Of a DNA stretch of 11,022 nt, positions 10,070-11,022 are shown one piece after another (position 1 is the first letter of the stretch; the number at the start of each line of letters is the position of its first letter). The position numbers and the translations under genes were made by a program. Source of the DNA: Octopus sinensis (taxonomy: Eukaryota); the NCBI RefSeq assembly GCF_006345805.1, contig NW_021827184.1:1-11022 (forward strand). Direction: 5' to 3'. The notes beneath the pieces are model-generated. The model was given only the letters and a program-made list of their open reading frames with translations. It did no database searches and had not been told where the DNA came from.

Positions 10070-10488
10070 ATATTTCGTAGTAAAACCCCATCACCCATTT
10101 CAGCCATGTGAGTATTTATTCAGAATAATACCGCAGTAAATATGTTTATGCAATGAATAAAGATATATTTATACATAATTAGGATAAAATCATTAATTAA
10201 TAAGTTACCTGTGGCCAGCGTACTTAAATGACTTTATTCTAATTATGTATAAATATATATATATTTATAATTATACTTTAAATATTAATTTAACTTATAT
10301 GGTTTTATTGTACGCCGGCCTCTGATAAATCATTAATTAATGACTTTATCCTAATTATGTACAAATATATATTTATTCACTCCGTAAACATATTTACTGT
10401 GGTATTATTCTTAGTAAATACACATATGGCTGAAATGGACGATGGGGTTTCGTATATATATATGTGAAATATATGTATATACTAGTAT

Positions 10489-10577
10489 TTGTAGAAGTAA
10501 TTCAAAACTTATGAAAGCAAGACATTTGTATTCAGAGCCAGAGACGATTTCAGCCAAGTTGGTAACGAAAGGGTTAA
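10489..10577 (-). mobile_element. piggyBac-like/MITE terminal fragment at a TTAA site
   Basis: Minus strand reads TTAA|CCCTTTCGTTACC, i.e. a TTAA target plus a CCC terminus typical of piggyBac. The block has no counterpart in the other palindrome arm, which keeps TTAA at the homologous position (9910-9913). The second end is not seen. Confidence 0.55.
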
Positions 10578-10861
10578 CGTATAGGGTTGTGCACACTATT
10601 CTTATAAATCAATTTTGTCCATTTTCCTTGCATACAGCCTTGTGATGAACGGAGTGGTAACTTAAATGGCTTGTAGTCTTTTGACATCTATTTCAGGCGT
10701 ACAAGCGCTGTCCTTCCAGCGCCCTTAGTTACAATTATATATTTATAATTATACTTTAAATAGTAATTTAACTTAGACGGTTTTTTTTTGTACGCTAGCC
10801 GTTGATAAATCATTAATTAAGGACTTTATCCTAATTATGTATGTATATATGTATGTATACG

Positions 10862-10886
10862 AGGCAGTAAGCTGGCAGAGTTGTTA
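10862..10886 (+). mobile_element. Family A SINE head, interrupted
   Basis: AGGCAGTAAGCTGGCAGAGTTGTTA matches 641-665 (AGGCGGTGAGCTGGCAGAGACGTTA). Confidence 0.65.
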
Positions 10887-10888
10887 AA

Positions 10889-11022
10889 GGAGGCGCAATG
10901 GCCCAGTGGTTAGGGCAGCGGACTTGCGGTCGTAGGATCGTGGTTTCGATTCCCAGACCAGGCGTTGTGAGTGTTTATTGAGCGAAAACACCTAAAGCTC
11001 CACGAGGTTCCGGCAGGGGGTG
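10889..11022 (+). mobile_element. tRNA-derived SINE, family C, 5' part (runs off the window)
   Basis: A-box TGGCCCAGTGG (10899-10909) and B-box-like GTTTCGATTCC (10943-10953). The tRNA-like head lacks a good acceptor stem and continues into a non-tRNA body. Confidence 0.8.

Larger units (their letters stand above)
9722..10841. repeat. ~1 kb imperfect palindrome built from a tandem HHR-containing repeat unit
   Basis: 9722-9913 is an inverted match to 10574-10762. ~10030-10223 is an inverted match to ~10310-10488. ~10255-10361 is directly repeated at ~10736-10841. Confidence 0.85.

Noticed and set aside
10635-10675. GTGATGAACGGAGTGGTAACT as a hammerhead core
   Set aside because: No GAAA follows, and the homologous arm reads GGGATGAACGGAGTATT, so it is ordinary repeat body.
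10889-10960. Functional tRNA gene
   Set aside because: A and B boxes are present, but the acceptor and anticodon stems are poor and the sequence continues as a SINE body.

Overview
AT-rich, microsatellite-dense eukaryotic non-coding DNA. The SINE families look like those of Octopus or another coleoid cephalopod; this is inferred from recalled repeat sequences, not from a search. No credible protein-coding gene is present: the supplied ORFs are translations of microsatellites, SINEs or antisense frames. The window holds about ten copies or fragments of three tRNA-derived SINE families (called A, B and C here), including a head-to-tail ~184-bp tandem array and an inverted pair. The main discovery is in 8.2-10.85 kb, a cluster of hammerhead ribozyme (HHR)-bearing elements set among (TA)n tracts and mostly associated with inverted repeats, as expected for Penelope-like element (PLE) pLTRs or retrozymes. 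It comprises (1) an essentially intact type I HHR at 8423-8498, followed by a candidate pseudoknot, (2) a minimal HHR on the minus strand at 9512-9546, and (3) a ~1 kb imperfect palindrome whose two arms together reconstruct a third HHR, interrupted in one arm by a piggyBac-like end at TTAA. A repeat-poor segment at 2.1-3.55 kb may be a promoter and 5' exon of a minus-strand gene (weak evidence).
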